This document shows, in pieces, positions 37,819 through 48,440 of a DNA stretch of 53,462 nt. The notes under the pieces were generated by a model. The model saw only the letters and a program-made list of their open reading frames with translations. It had not been told where the DNA came from and did no database searches. This DNA is from Candidatus Methylomirabilia bacterium (lineage in GTDB: Bacteria > Methylomirabilota > Methylomirabilia > Rokubacteriales > CSP1-6), in assembly GCA_041492755.1 (NCBI GenBank), contig JBGPXN010000009.1:1-53462 (forward strand), written 5' to 3'. Position 1 is the first letter of the stretch. Every line of letters begins with the position of its first letter. The position numbers and the translations under genes are program-made.

Positions 37819-38613
37819 ATGACCGACGATTTGCTCGAGATCATCAGCGATGGCGTAGCCGTGCTCACCATGAACCGTCCCGACCGCCTCAACGCGCTCT
37901 CGCGAACGATGCTCGACGCCATGCTGGAAGCGCTTCCGCGGCTCGCCGAGGATCCCGACGTCGGCGTGATCGTGCTCGCCGGCGCCGGTCGCGGCTTCTG
38001 CGCCGGTGGCGACGTGAAGGCGATGGCGGAGGGAACGGAAGCCGGTACCGGAACGCTCGAGGAGCGGGCCCAGGCGCTCCGCTCCCGGATGGAGACCTCG
38101 CGCTGGCTGCACGAGATGCCGAAGCCGACCATCGCGATGGTGCGCGGCGCCGCCGCGGGCGCCGGCCTGTCGCTCGCTCTGGCCTGTGACCTCCGGATGG
38201 CCGGGGCCAGCGCCCGCTTCGCCACCGCGTTCGCGCGGGTCGGCTACTCCGGTGACTTCGGCGGCAGCTACTTCCTGTCCAAGCTCGTCGGCACCGGCAA
38301 GGCCCGCGAGCTCTACTTCACCGCCGATATCCTGGACGCCCAGCAGGCCCTGGCCCTCGGCATCGCCAATCGCGTCGTCCCCGACGACCAGCTCGAGAAG
38401 GAAACGATGGCGCTGGCCACGCGCCTGGCCCGGGGACCGCGGGTCGCGTACCGCTACATGAAGCGTAACTTCAACGCCGCCGAGAACGCGTCGCTGAAGG
38501 ACTGCTTCGACCTGGAGGCGTGGCACCACACGCGCACCGGGTTCACCGAGGACCACCGGGAAGCGGCGAAGGCGTTCGTCGACAAGCGCGAGCCGGTCTT
38601 CCGGGGACGCTGA
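37819..38613 (+). CDS. enoyl-CoA hydratase/isomerase
   Basis: NRPDRLNAL, FCAGGD, AAAGAGLSLALACD. Confidence 0.92.
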   Translation: MTDDLLEIISDGVAVLTMNRPDRLNALSRTMLDAMLEALPRLAEDPDVGVIVLAGAGRGFCAGGDVKAMAEGTEAGTGTLEERAQALRSRMETSRWLHEMPKPTIAMVRGAAAGAGLSLALACDLRMAGASARFATAFARVGYSGDFGGSYFLSKLVGTGKARELYFTADILDAQQALALGIANRVVPDDQLEKETMALATRLARGPRVAYRYMKRNFNAAENASLKDCFDLEAWHHTRTGFTEDHREAAKAFVDKREPVFRGR

Positions 38614-38617
38614 CCAC

Positions 38618-39667
38618 ATGAGCGAGCGAGTGCGAATCCATCTCCGTGTTCCCGGCACCGCGCCGATGGCGCAGGTGCTCACGCTCATCAAAGGAATCGA
38701 GGCGGCCGGGTTCGACGGCGTCGGCATCCTCGACAGCCAGATGTTGTGCCGCGATACGTTCGTCACGCTCGGCCAGGCGGCGACGCAGACCTCGCGGCTC
38801 ACGCTGTTTCCCGCGGTCACCAATCCGTTTACCCGCCACGCGTCCGTGCTGGCGGGCGCGATCCAGACGGTGGAGGAGCTGGCGCCGGGCCGCGTGAAGT
38901 TCGTCATCGGCACCGGCTACACCTCGGCGAGCACGATCGGGCGCAAACCGGCCACGCTCGCGGAGATGCGCACCTGCATCGCCACGGTCAGATCGCTGCT
39001 CGCCGGCGAGACCGTCGATTTCGACGGCACGCCCGGCCGGCTGGGCTACGCCGGCGGCCGGCACATCCCGATCTTGATGGCCGCCTCCGGCCCGAAGGCG
39101 ATCGAGCTCGCGGGCGAGATTGCCGACGGCGCGGTGATCCTGGCCGGCTTCAACCGGGGCATCGTGGAGCGGGCGCTCTCGCTCCTCGAGCGCGGCGCTC
39201 GCCGCTCCGGACGCAAGCTGGAGGACCTCGAGATCATCTGGGCGGTGCGGACGGGCACGGCGGCGACCACTGCCGAGGCCCGCCGGATGGCGCGGCCCAC
39301 CGCCGTCCACTGGGGCATCCTGCGCTGGGGCAGCCACTGGGTCGAGCCGGCCGGGCTTCGCATCCCGAAGTACGAGATTCCCGACGCGGTCTGGAAAATC
39401 TATCCGGATCTCTCCCATGCCCAAGACTGGGATGCCGCCATCGCGGCGACGTCATTCGTCGCCGACGACGTCATCGCGCAGTTGTGCGATGCCCTGGGGC
39501 TGATCGGCACCGGGGACGACGTCGCCGCCCGGATCGTCGAGATGAGCAAGCTGGGCGTGCAGAATCTCTATCTCATGCCGTTTCAGACGTTCACCCCGCC
39601 CGAGCCGGAGCTGCGCGCGTTCCGTGACGTGATCTTCCCGCGCCTGAAGACAGCCGGTCTTCGGTAG
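38618..39667 (+). CDS. LLM-class (luciferase-like) flavin/F420 oxidoreductase
   Basis: DSQ, AVTNPFTRH, IPILMAASGPK, AGEIADG. Confidence 0.88.
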   Translation: MSERVRIHLRVPGTAPMAQVLTLIKGIEAAGFDGVGILDSQMLCRDTFVTLGQAATQTSRLTLFPAVTNPFTRHASVLAGAIQTVEELAPGRVKFVIGTGYTSASTIGRKPATLAEMRTCIATVRSLLAGETVDFDGTPGRLGYAGGRHIPILMAASGPKAIELAGEIADGAVILAGFNRGIVERALSLLERGARRSGRKLEDLEIIWAVRTGTAATTAEARRMARPTAVHWGILRWGSHWVEPAGLRIPKYEIPDAVWKIYPDLSHAQDWDAAIAATSFVADDVIAQLCDALGLIGTGDDVAARIVEMSKLGVQNLYLMPFQTFTPPEPELRAFRDVIFPRLKTAGLR

Positions 39668-39692
39668 AGGCCGACCTTGCGGCGCCAGCCAG

Positions 39693-42600
39693 CTAGCGCC
39701 CGAGCTCGCTCGTGACCAGCTCCTGGAGCGCGGTCAGCGTGTAGGGCTTGGCGAGGCTTGGACGGCCGGTCGACGCGATGAACTGCTGCATGGTGGGATC
39801 GATGTTGCCCGTGATGAACACGACCTTCTTGGCCACCTCCGGCATCTCGCGGGTGAGCCAGCGCCAGAGATCGGCGCCGCCTTCGTCGGGCATGACGAGA
39901 TCGAGGGCGACGAGGTCGAACGTCTTCTCCGCGAGCACGCGACGAGCCTCGGCCGAGGAGTGGGTCACGGTGACGCCGAACCCGATCTCGGCGAGCAGAT
40001 CCGCGAGCACCTCCGCCACCTGCGTCTCGTCGTCGACCACGAGCACCCGGCCACCAGAAGGGGGCCGGATCGGCGCGGGGGGCGCCGTCGCCGCCGGCCC
40101 CGGCTTGACCGGTATCTCCATCACGAAGGTGGCGCCCGGCCCGCCCTCCTCGAGCCAGATGCGGCCGCCGTGCATCGCGACGATGCCGTGGGCGACGCTG
40201 AGCCCGAGGCCGGTACCCTTGCCCACTGGTTTCGTCGTGTAAAAGGGGTCGAAGACCTTGGTGCGTGCGTCCGGCGCCACGCCGGGGCCGGTGTCGCTCA
40301 CCTCGATGCGCAGCACGTCGGCGGTCCCTCGCGTCCGCACGGTGACGTCGCCGGGCCGCCCCTCCATCGCCTGATACGCATTGGTGATGAGGTTGAGCAG
40401 CACCTGCTCGACCTGTCCCGGGTCGCCGTAGGTCATCGGTAGCTGCGGCTCGAGATCGAGGGTGAGCCGCACGTTCTGGGTGGCGCCGGCGTGGAGGGAG
40501 AGATCCGCCACGCGCCGGACCAGCGCGTTGATCTCCATGTCCTCCCGCCGTCCCGTCGTGTCGCGCGCGAACTGCAGGAGGTTGCGGACGATCTGGGCGG
40601 CGCGCTCGGCGGCGTCGCGAATTCGCTCGACGTGGCGCTCGGCCGGCGTCCCGGCCACGTGGCGCTCGGCCAGGTATGCGCTGCCCAGGACCGCGGACAG
40701 TGGGTTGTTGAGCTCGTGCGCGACACCGGCCACGAGCTGGCCGAGCGCGGACAGCTTCTCGCTGTGCACGAGCTGCTCCTGACTGCGCTCGAGCTGCTCG
40801 TGGGCGACCCGCAGCTCCTCGTACAGCCGCGCGTTGTGGATGGCGATCGCCGCCTGCGCGACGAAGCTCTCGAGGAGGCCGCGATGCTCGGGGCCCAGAC
40901 CGAAGGGTTTGCGGCCGTAGAGGACGAGAACGCCGAGCAGGGCGTCGCCGAACACGATCGGCACCGAGAGGTTGGAGCGGAAGCCGTGCTTGCGGTACCA
41001 GTCGCGGGATCGGATGCGCTCGTCGGCGAACACGTCAGGCACGTGCAGCAGCTGGCGGTGCTCGGCGGCCCAGCCGGAGGCGCCCTCTCCGAACCGGCGG
41101 ACGCCGCCTGGATGATCGGCGCCGATCGTCTCGTCGGAGAACGCCTGGCGCACGAGCTGATGGCCGGTGGCGTCGGTGATGGCGATCGACACCAGCGGCG
41201 CGTCCATGAGCTCGCCGGCGGCCCGGGTGATCTCACGCAGGACGTCGCCGGTGTCGAGCGATGACGACACGATCTGATTCAGACGGGCCAGGGCCCGGAG
41301 GCGCCGGGTGCGGGCATGCTGCTCGAGCGCGAGCGAGGCCTGATCGGCGAGCGCGGCGAGCAGCGCCGCCTCCTCCGCGTTGAACTGCCGGCGGCGGAGC
41401 GAATAGACGTAGAGGGTACCGATGATCCCGGCGGGCGAGCGCAACGGGACGCCGACGAAGCCGTGATAGCCGAGCTCGCGCGCCGAGCGCTTGTGGGCGG
41501 GATGCAGGCGCGTGTCCTCGAGCACGTCTTCCACCCGGACGGGCCGGCCGGTCTGCACGATCACACCGCTGAGGCTCTCGCCCAACCCTATCCGCGGGCG
41601 CAGCAGGTTGCTGGCGGACGCCGTACGGGCGCGCAGGACGAGGTCGTCGCCGTCGGCCGTCCGCAATCCGGCCGCCTCCGCCGCGAGCAGGCGCGCCGCC
41701 TCGTTGACGATGACGGTGAGGATCTCGTCGGGGTCGTCCACGGCGGCCACCCGACGCGAAACGTCGTAGAGCGCTTCCAGCCGCCGGCGCTCACGGGTGG
41801 CCACCTGGTAGAGCCGGGCGTTCTCGAACGCGACCGCGGCCTGATCCGCGAACGCGCGTGCGAGCTGCACGTCTTCCTCGCTGAACACGCGCCCGGTACG
41901 TTCGCGCACGAACAGCGCGCCGATGACCCGGCTTCGCACCAGCAGCGGCACCGCGAGCACGGCGCGGTCTTCCGGATCGATCCGCACGCGCAGGCCCGGC
42001 GTGTCGGCGATCTCCGGATCGGCGTACACGTCGGACGAGAACACCGGCCGGCGCTCGCGGACGGCGATGCCGAGGGCGCCCCGATTGCGCGGAAACGACA
42101 CTCCGGGCGCGAGCCGCTCGGCGATCTCACCGGCGAGCGCGACCGCGACCGGATCGTCGGCCTCGCCGTCGAGACGGAAGAGGATCGCCGAGCGGACGCG
42201 GAGGAGGGGCAGGACGCCGTCGGCGATACGCTGACCGACCGCGTCGGCGTCGAGCGTCTCGGACAGCAGACGTCCGACGGAGGCGAGCGCTTCCGCAGCG
42301 CGACGCCCGGCTTCGCTGCTCGCGAACATGCGCGCATTGCGGATGGCGACGGCGGTCTGGCTCGCCAGCAGGTCGAGCACGTCGCGTTCTTCGGCGGTGG
42401 GGACGGCGTCCGCGGGCAGATAGACGTTGACGACGCCGAGGAGCTGCTGACCGGCCTGGATCGGGATTCCGTAGTACACCCTGAGGCCACGGGCGGCGTA
42501 CCACTCCTTGCCGCCCGCCCGCGGGTCGGCCAGGATGTCGCTGACGAGCAGCGGGCGTCGGCTCTCGCCGACCACGTGGGTCAGCCCTTCGCCGAAGGGC

Positions 42601-42818
42601 AGTATCGGTACCCGGCCTTCGGCCGCCGCTCCGCCGACCCGGGCGAGTCGATACCCTCCCGCATCGTCGTCCACCAGCCGGATGACGCAATAAAGGTCGG
42701 CGCGAAGCGAAGTTACGGCCTCGATCACGTGGCTGAGGACGGCCTCGAGATCCAGCGCACTGGTGACGGACCGGGCCAGATCGGCAATCTGTCCCAAGCG
42801 ATCAGAGCGCCCGATCAT
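39693..42818 (-). CDS. hybrid sensor histidine kinase (4 GAF + HisKA + HATPase + REC)
   Basis: Four GAF repeats ending in A.AI.NARL-type helices; AHELNNP, NLITNA, DTGPG, GTGLGL; REC VVDDE...KPY. Confidence 0.92.
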   Translation of the reverse strand: MIGRSDRLGQIADLARSVTSALDLEAVLSHVIEAVTSLRADLYCVIRLVDDDAGGYRLARVGGAAAEGRVPILPFGEGLTHVVGESRRPLLVSDILADPRAGGKEWYAARGLRVYYGIPIQAGQQLLGVVNVYLPADAVPTAEERDVLDLLASQTAVAIRNARMFASSEAGRRAAEALASVGRLLSETLDADAVGQRIADGVLPLLRVRSAILFRLDGEADDPVAVALAGEIAERLAPGVSFPRNRGALGIAVRERRPVFSSDVYADPEIADTPGLRVRIDPEDRAVLAVPLLVRSRVIGALFVRERTGRVFSEEDVQLARAFADQAAVAFENARLYQVATRERRRLEALYDVSRRVAAVDDPDEILTVIVNEAARLLAAEAAGLRTADGDDLVLRARTASASNLLRPRIGLGESLSGVIVQTGRPVRVEDVLEDTRLHPAHKRSARELGYHGFVGVPLRSPAGIIGTLYVYSLRRRQFNAEEAALLAALADQASLALEQHARTRRLRALARLNQIVSSSLDTGDVLREITRAAGELMDAPLVSIAITDATGHQLVRQAFSDETIGADHPGGVRRFGEGASGWAAEHRQLLHVPDVFADERIRSRDWYRKHGFRSNLSVPIVFGDALLGVLVLYGRKPFGLGPEHRGLLESFVAQAAIAIHNARLYEELRVAHEQLERSQEQLVHSEKLSALGQLVAGVAHELNNPLSAVLGSAYLAERHVAGTPAERHVERIRDAAERAAQIVRNLLQFARDTTGRREDMEINALVRRVADLSLHAGATQNVRLTLDLEPQLPMTYGDPGQVEQVLLNLITNAYQAMEGRPGDVTVRTRGTADVLRIEVSDTGPGVAPDARTKVFDPFYTTKPVGKGTGLGLSVAHGIVAMHGGRIWLEEGGPGATFVMEIPVKPGPAATAPPAPIRPPSGGRVLVVDDETQVAEVLADLLAEIGFGVTVTHSSAEARRVLAEKTFDLVALDLVMPDEGGADLWRWLTREMPEVAKKVVFITGNIDPTMQQFIASTGRPSLAKPYTLTALQELVTSELGR

Positions 42819-42927
42819 ACTAGCCGAGACCGTATGCCCCCTGGTGGCGAGGCGTCAAGCCTCTCGGCGCGCACAAGAAAGTTGTGCCAAAGGGAGGGAC
42901 GGGTCTAGAAAAGGAGGCGAGCCGGCG

Positions 42928-45009
42928 ATGACCAAGCGACGCGAGTTGCCCCCCTCCCCACCCCCTCCCGACTCTCGCCTGAATGGCGAGCGCCGGCGTC
43001 TGGAAGTCCTTTACGAGGTCACGCGGCGGCTGACCGCCGCCCCGGAGACGGCCGAGATCCTGTCGCTCATCGTCAACGAGGCGACGCACCTGCTCGGCGC
43101 GGATGCGGCCGGGCTGCGCCTGCTGGAGGGGGACGAGCTCGTCATCAAGGCTCGCACCGAGGCCGCGACGGCGATCATGTCGCGGACCCGGCTCAAGGTC
43201 GGCGAGAGCCTGAGCGGCGCAATCATGGCCCGTGGTGAGCCGGTCGCCGTCGACGATCTCCAGGGCGACACTCGCTTCGATCCGGCGCACAAGAAGCAGG
43301 CGCTCGAGCGCGGGTTCCACGGCTTCCTCGGCGTTCCCCTCAAGACGCACGGGCGGATCATCGGGGTGCTGGTCGTCTTCACCAAGTCGCGCCGCGTCTT
43401 CCAGGCCGACGAGATCTCGCTGCTGTCGACGTTCGCCGACCAGGCCTCGGTCGCCATCGAGAAGGACCGGCTGCTGCGCCAGGCGCGCGATCAGGCGGGC
43501 CGCCTCCGGATGCTGGCCCGGGTGAACCAGGTCGTGTCCTCCTCGTTGGATCTGAGCGAGGTGCTCGACGCGCTGGTGGGCGCGGCGGCGCAGCTCACCG
43601 GCGCGCCCGTGGTGGGCCTGTGGGTCGCGCACGATGCCGAGCGTCTGCTGCACCTGCGCGCGCTGTCGGATCCCTCGTTGCTCAGCGACTACCCGGGGCT
43701 GGCCATCCGGTACAACGAGGGCCTCGCCGGCTGGGTCGCGATCCACCGCCGGCCGCTGGACGTCCCGGACCTTAGCACCGATCCGCGCCTGATCTCCCGC
43801 GACTGGTTTGCCCGTCACGGCCTGGCCAGCGCCTGGTTCGCGCCGATCGTCTTTCACGATTCGTTGCTCGGTGTGCTGGGGTTGCTGGGACGCGCGCCGC
43901 TCCGTCTCGACGCGGACGCGCACGACCTGCTCGACATGTTCATCGCCCAGGCCGGCGTGGCGGTGCGCAACGCGCGGCTCTATGACGAGCTGCGCGCGGC
44001 GCACCACGTTCTCGAGCAGCGCACCCGCGACCTGGACCTGCTCAACCGCATGGCCGAGCTGCTCCAGGCCTGCGTGACGGAAGACGAGGCATACACCGTG
44101 GTGGCGCGATTCGTGGGGCAGTTCTTCCCCGAGGACGGCGGCGCCGTGTTCGTCACCAGCGCGTCCCGGAACCTGCTCGAAGCGCGGGCGGTGTGGGGGA
44201 CGGTCTCGACCACCGATGCCAACGTGTTCAAGCCGGAGGACTGCTGGTCCCTGCGCCGCGGACGGCTGCACCTCGTTCAGGACACCAACGCCAGCCTGCT
44301 GTGCAGCCACCTGCCGATCCCGCCGCCGCCGGCATATCTGTGCCTTCCGCTCATGGCGCAGGGTGAATCGCTGGGCGTGCTCCACCTGTGCAGCAGCGAC
44401 AGCGGGGCGGCCGAACGCTGGTCGGAGGCCAAGCAGCGCATGGCCACGACGGTCGCCGACCAGCTCGGGCTGGCCGTGGCCAACTTGAAGCTCCGGGAGA
44501 CGCTGCGGAATCAGTCGATCCGCGATCCGTTGACCGGTCTCTTCAACCGTCGCTACATGGAGGAGACCCTCGAGCGCGAGTTGAGCCGGGCCCGGCGCAC
44601 CAACGCCTCTCTCGGCCTGATGATGATGGATCTCGATCACTTCAAGCACTTCAACGACACGTTCGGCCACGAAGCGGGCGACGTGCTGCTGCGCGAAGTG
44701 GGTCGTCTGCTCCAGGAAACGGTCCGGGGCGGTGACGTCGCGTGCCGCTACGGCGGCGAGGAATTCGTGGTGATCCTGCCCGAGGCGTCCGCGGAGACGA
44801 CACGACTGCGGGCGGAGCGGCTGCGCGAATCGATCAAGCATCTCTACGTCACGCAGCGAGGGACCTCGATCGGCTCGGTCACGGCCTCCATCGGCGTGGG
44901 GACCTTCCCGCAGAATGGCACCAGCGGCGACGCGGTGGTCAAAGCCGCCGACACCGCGCTCTATCTGGCCAAGGGCACGGGCCGGGACCGCGTCGCCGTC
45001 GCCGAATAG
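42928..45009 (+). CDS. multi-GAF diguanylate cyclase
   Basis: AAGGAGG RBS; three GAFs; DPLTGLFNRR, RGGD I-site, GGEEF. Confidence 0.92.
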   Translation: MTKRRELPPSPPPPDSRLNGERRRLEVLYEVTRRLTAAPETAEILSLIVNEATHLLGADAAGLRLLEGDELVIKARTEAATAIMSRTRLKVGESLSGAIMARGEPVAVDDLQGDTRFDPAHKKQALERGFHGFLGVPLKTHGRIIGVLVVFTKSRRVFQADEISLLSTFADQASVAIEKDRLLRQARDQAGRLRMLARVNQVVSSSLDLSEVLDALVGAAAQLTGAPVVGLWVAHDAERLLHLRALSDPSLLSDYPGLAIRYNEGLAGWVAIHRRPLDVPDLSTDPRLISRDWFARHGLASAWFAPIVFHDSLLGVLGLLGRAPLRLDADAHDLLDMFIAQAGVAVRNARLYDELRAAHHVLEQRTRDLDLLNRMAELLQACVTEDEAYTVVARFVGQFFPEDGGAVFVTSASRNLLEARAVWGTVSTTDANVFKPEDCWSLRRGRLHLVQDTNASLLCSHLPIPPPPAYLCLPLMAQGESLGVLHLCSSDSGAAERWSEAKQRMATTVADQLGLAVANLKLRETLRNQSIRDPLTGLFNRRYMEETLERELSRARRTNASLGLMMMDLDHFKHFNDTFGHEAGDVLLREVGRLLQETVRGGDVACRYGGEEFVVILPEASAETTRLRAERLRESIKHLYVTQRGTSIGSVTASIGVGTFPQNGTSGDAVVKAADTALYLAKGTGRDRVAVAE

Positions 45010-45024
45010 GTCGTCCGCGTTCCC

Positions 45025-45696
45025 TCAGCCCGCGCGCGAGAGTGCGAGCAGGGTGTCCCAGAACAGCTTCTCGTAGCCTTGCAGCAGGCGCGCGGCGCGC
45101 GCCATCCGCCGGCGATCCGCGCCGGCCGTCAGCCCCGCGGCCACGACGGTCAGGACCTGGGTGTCGTGCTCGGCTGACGGCGTCGCGAACGAATCGAAGA
45201 ACGCGGTGTGGGCCGCGCTCATGCCGTACTGCGACCGCAACGCGCCGGCGATGCGACCGCAGCTCTCGCCCCACACCGCGGCGTTCATGAGGTAGGCGAC
45301 GGCAATCTCCGCATCGGAGGCGTGGACGGCCAGCCAGGTCACGAACGCCGGATAGGCCTGGGTCCCGGGCGCCGGCTCGTGGGCCTCGAGCCGCGGCTCA
45401 TCGAGGCCGATCGCGCGCGCGAAGACGAAGAGCGACTCCAGTGCGGTCTGCTTGCCCGCGAGCAGGCTGCGGAACAACGCGCGGCTCGGGGCCGCGTCGA
45501 AGCGGCTGGCCATCAGCTCGACGCTGCGGAGATCGCTGGTCATGACGTGGTACTGCTCTCCGGCCAGGAGGCGCAGGTCCTCGCGGCGGATCCGACCCGC
45601 CTCCAGCGTCGCCAGGTAGGGATGGTTGCGGATGTCCTTCTCGACGCGCCCGAGATCGCGCTCCAACTCGCGGATCATGTCCTTGACGTCGACCAT
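45025..45696 (-). CDS. TenA/heme-oxygenase-fold protein lacking the catalytic Cys
   Basis: HPYL, EQYH, AYPAF, YEKLFWD. Confidence 0.75.
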   Translation of the reverse strand: MVDVKDMIRELERDLGRVEKDIRNHPYLATLEAGRIRREDLRLLAGEQYHVMTSDLRSVELMASRFDAAPSRALFRSLLAGKQTALESLFVFARAIGLDEPRLEAHEPAPGTQAYPAFVTWLAVHASDAEIAVAYLMNAAVWGESCGRIAGALRSQYGMSAAHTAFFDSFATPSAEHDTQVLTVVAAGLTAGADRRRMARAARLLQGYEKLFWDTLLALSRAG

Positions 45697-45921
45697 TCCG
45701 GCTCCTGGACGCCCGAGGCGCAGATGGATGTCGCGGCTGCAGGATCGTCACGCGATTGTACCCGGGGCCGCGGCCGGCCGGGGCTCACTGGATGATTTCT
45801 AACCGCTGTGGTGGACCCGCCAGCCGATTTCTGGTCGCGATGCCAGACCCTATGTCTCGGCGACACGGGTATCAGGGGGTGTCCGCCTGTAGTTTCGCGT
45901 AGTTCCGGGCCGTACAGGGGC

Positions 45922-45937
45922 TGGTACGGTTTCTGCT
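45922..45937 (+). promoter_or_regulatory. sigma54 (-24/-12) promoter
   Basis: TGGTACGGTTTCTGCT with GG-N10-GC spacing. Confidence 0.55.
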
Positions 45938-45975
45938 CTTAGGCCGGCCGACCCGAATTACATGGGAGGCCAGAC

Positions 45976-46215
45976 ATGCTGTTGAAGAACGAGGGTTCCG
46001 AACGACGGGAACGCGGATTGACGAAGCTGGAGCGGCTCACGACGATGCGGTTCCCGGATCCGCTGGACGAGTGTGTGCGGTGCGGCTCCCAGTGGGTCGT
46101 GCAAGAGCCGCAGGCAAGCCACTGCCGGATGTGCGGGTCGATCTACTACCTCGAAGGCGATCTTCGCATGCAGGAGATCTACGAGTCGGCCTGCCGGGTC
46201 AACTCGGTCGACTAG
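45976..46215 (+). CDS. small zinc-ribbon protein
   Basis: GGGAGG RBS; CVRCG...CRMCG. Confidence 0.65.
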   Translation: MLLKNEGSERRERGLTKLERLTTMRFPDPLDECVRCGSQWVVQEPQASHCRMCGSIYYLEGDLRMQEIYESACRVNSVD

Positions 46216-46218
46216 CGG

Positions 46219-48348
46219 TCAGGTCCGCACCCGCCGGCGGAGTCCGGACCCGCCGCGGGTGAGGGAGCGCCGTCCTCGCGCCAAGGCGGCGTGGAGGTTG
46301 GCGCCGCGTGACTTGCGCAGTCCCGCCCACAGATCACCCGCCGTTCGCACACGACTCGGCATCGTCCGCATCGTGAAGGCCTCCCGCTCGACGCCCTCGT
46401 GCACCTCCCCCCACGTGAGCGGTGTCGACACGCCGGCCCACGTGCTGGCCCGCGCGCTGTAGGCCGTCGCCAGCGTCTTGCCGCGGATGTTCTGCAAGTA
46501 GTCGATGTAGACGGTGCGGCCGCGCGCGTCCACGGCGCGCTCCACCGTGGCCACCCGCGGATGGCGCTGAGCGATCACCGTGGCCACCAGCTCGCAGAAG
46601 AGCCGGCCGGTTTCGTACGTCGTGGCCGGCGGCAGCGGGAGGTAGACGTGCAGGCCCTCGGCGCCCGAGGTCTTGGGGAAGCCGGGTACGCCCAGCCGCT
46701 CGAGCTCGTCGTGGATCCAGCGCGCCACGTCGAGCACGCGCGCGAACGGCACGCCGGGCATGGGATCGAGGTCGAGGGCCACGTGATCGGCGAAGTCGAG
46801 CGCGCCGACGCGCGAGAACCAGGGGTCCTGGGACACCACGGCCATCTGCGCCATGTAGAGCAGCGTGGCGAGGGATCCACCGATGAGCCGGCTCGGCACC
46901 TCGGTGTCGGTCGGCAGGACCTCCACCCGCACACCCCGCGGCACCTCCCCGGGGGCGCGTTGCTGATAGAACGTCTTGCCGGCGATGCCGTTGGGGAACC
47001 GCTTCATGACGAGCGGGCGATCGGCGATCGCGGGAAGGATCACCGACGACATCGTCACGTAGTAGCGCAGCAGATCGCCCTTGGTGAGACCCGGACCCTT
47101 CCAGAAGACCTTCGCGAGGTTCGTCACCGTGAGCTGGCCGCCGCCCGGCAGCGACACGGTGCCGTCGACCCGGCGCGCTTCGAGCTCTTCGAGGCGCTGC
47201 CGGAGCGCAAGGAGCGAACGCGACAGCGGCGGGCCCGAGGCATCCCGCGGCTCGGCGCGGTCGGACGGGCCCGGGGCGGCGTCTTGAATGTCGATGCCGC
47301 GCAGGGACGGCGCGTGCCAGTGAACGTCGTCCTCCCTCCGCACCGTCTCCGGGCGCACGTCGTCGCGCAGGCCGAGATAGGCCGGCGCGCGCATCACCCC
47401 GTCCGCGGTCCAGTCCGCGAACTTGATCTCCGCCACCAGCTCGGGCTTCACCCAGTGCGGCCGCGCGTTGGCGCGCGGCCGCACCCGGAACGGGCAGTCG
47501 GGTGTCTCCAGTGGCTCCAGGATCGCGGCCAGACGCGCGAGCTCCTTCTGATCGAAACCGGTGCCGACGTGGCCGACGTATTCGAGGCCGCCGTCGCCGT
47601 ACACGCCCAGGAGGAGCGAGCCGAAGAACGCCCGCGACCGCCGCGGCTCGGTGAAGCCGCCGATCACGCACTCCTGCCGGCGGAGGAGCTTCAGCTTGCG
47701 CCAGGCCGGACTCCGCCGGCCGCTTTGGTACGGCGAATCGAGGTGCTTGGCGACGATGCCTTCCCAGCCGTGGGCGACCGCGTCGCGGTAGAGCGGGCGG
47801 CCGTCGCCGGGGACGAAGGTGCTGAGGCGGAGCAGGGCCGAGCCCGCGTTGCCGAAGATGCGCTCGAGGCGGGCTCGCCGCGCCACCAGGGGCAGCGCCC
47901 GCACGTCGGCGCGCCCGTCGCGCAGGACGTCGAACGCGATGAACGCCACCGGCCGGGCCGGCGGAATCACGCCGGTGACGTGGATACGCCCTTGGAGCGC
48001 CTGGAAGCCCGTGGGCTCGCCGGCGTCGTCGAGGGCGACGATCTCGCCGTCGAGCAGCACGCCCGCCTTCAGGCGGCGCGCGAATGTCGTGAGGGCCCGG
48101 GCGATCTCGGGGAACTGGCGGGTCTTGTCGTTGCCGAGCCGCGACGTGATGCGCACGCCGCGGCCGGGCTCGACGTCGACGAGGGCGCGGATGCCGTCGT
48201 ACTTGGGCTCGTAGGCCAGCCGCTCGTCCCGTAACGGCGCCTCTTCGAGCGCGGCCAGCATCGGGCGCACGGCGCTCGCCTCCGCCGTCCACGGCTTGAT
48301 GGCGGCCGGCGCCGTGGGCGCGTTGGCTCTCCTCGGCGTGGTCGCCAT
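46219..48348 (-). CDS. ligD: NHEJ DNA ligase D (ligase + polymerase/primase domains)
   Basis: EPKYDG, EGIVAK, GHVGTGF; LDLDP, KTSGAEGLHVY, DYLQN. Confidence 0.92.
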   Translation of the reverse strand: MATTPRRANAPTAPAAIKPWTAEASAVRPMLAALEEAPLRDERLAYEPKYDGIRALVDVEPGRGVRITSRLGNDKTRQFPEIARALTTFARRLKAGVLLDGEIVALDDAGEPTGFQALQGRIHVTGVIPPARPVAFIAFDVLRDGRADVRALPLVARRARLERIFGNAGSALLRLSTFVPGDGRPLYRDAVAHGWEGIVAKHLDSPYQSGRRSPAWRKLKLLRRQECVIGGFTEPRRSRAFFGSLLLGVYGDGGLEYVGHVGTGFDQKELARLAAILEPLETPDCPFRVRPRANARPHWVKPELVAEIKFADWTADGVMRAPAYLGLRDDVRPETVRREDDVHWHAPSLRGIDIQDAAPGPSDRAEPRDASGPPLSRSLLALRQRLEELEARRVDGTVSLPGGGQLTVTNLAKVFWKGPGLTKGDLLRYYVTMSSVILPAIADRPLVMKRFPNGIAGKTFYQQRAPGEVPRGVRVEVLPTDTEVPSRLIGGSLATLLYMAQMAVVSQDPWFSRVGALDFADHVALDLDPMPGVPFARVLDVARWIHDELERLGVPGFPKTSGAEGLHVYLPLPPATTYETGRLFCELVATVIAQRHPRVATVERAVDARGRTVYIDYLQNIRGKTLATAYSARASTWAGVSTPLTWGEVHEGVEREAFTMRTMPSRVRTAGDLWAGLRKSRGANLHAALARGRRSLTRGGSGLRRRVRT

Positions 48349-48440
48349 GATTCGGATCGTAACAGGCGGGGTCGCGGCCGGCCGGGGGGCCGAACGACGG
48401 TTTGCCGCGCGCGCCGGGAGAGGGTAGCCTGCGCTACGCG

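Noticed and set aside
37756..37819. TPP riboswitch upstream of tenA
   Set aside because: The intergenic region is ~60 bp and lacks the conserved CTGAGA core.
42873..42890. sigma54 promoter for the kinase (TGGCACAACTTTCTT, minus strand)
   Set aside because: The -12 GC is missing.
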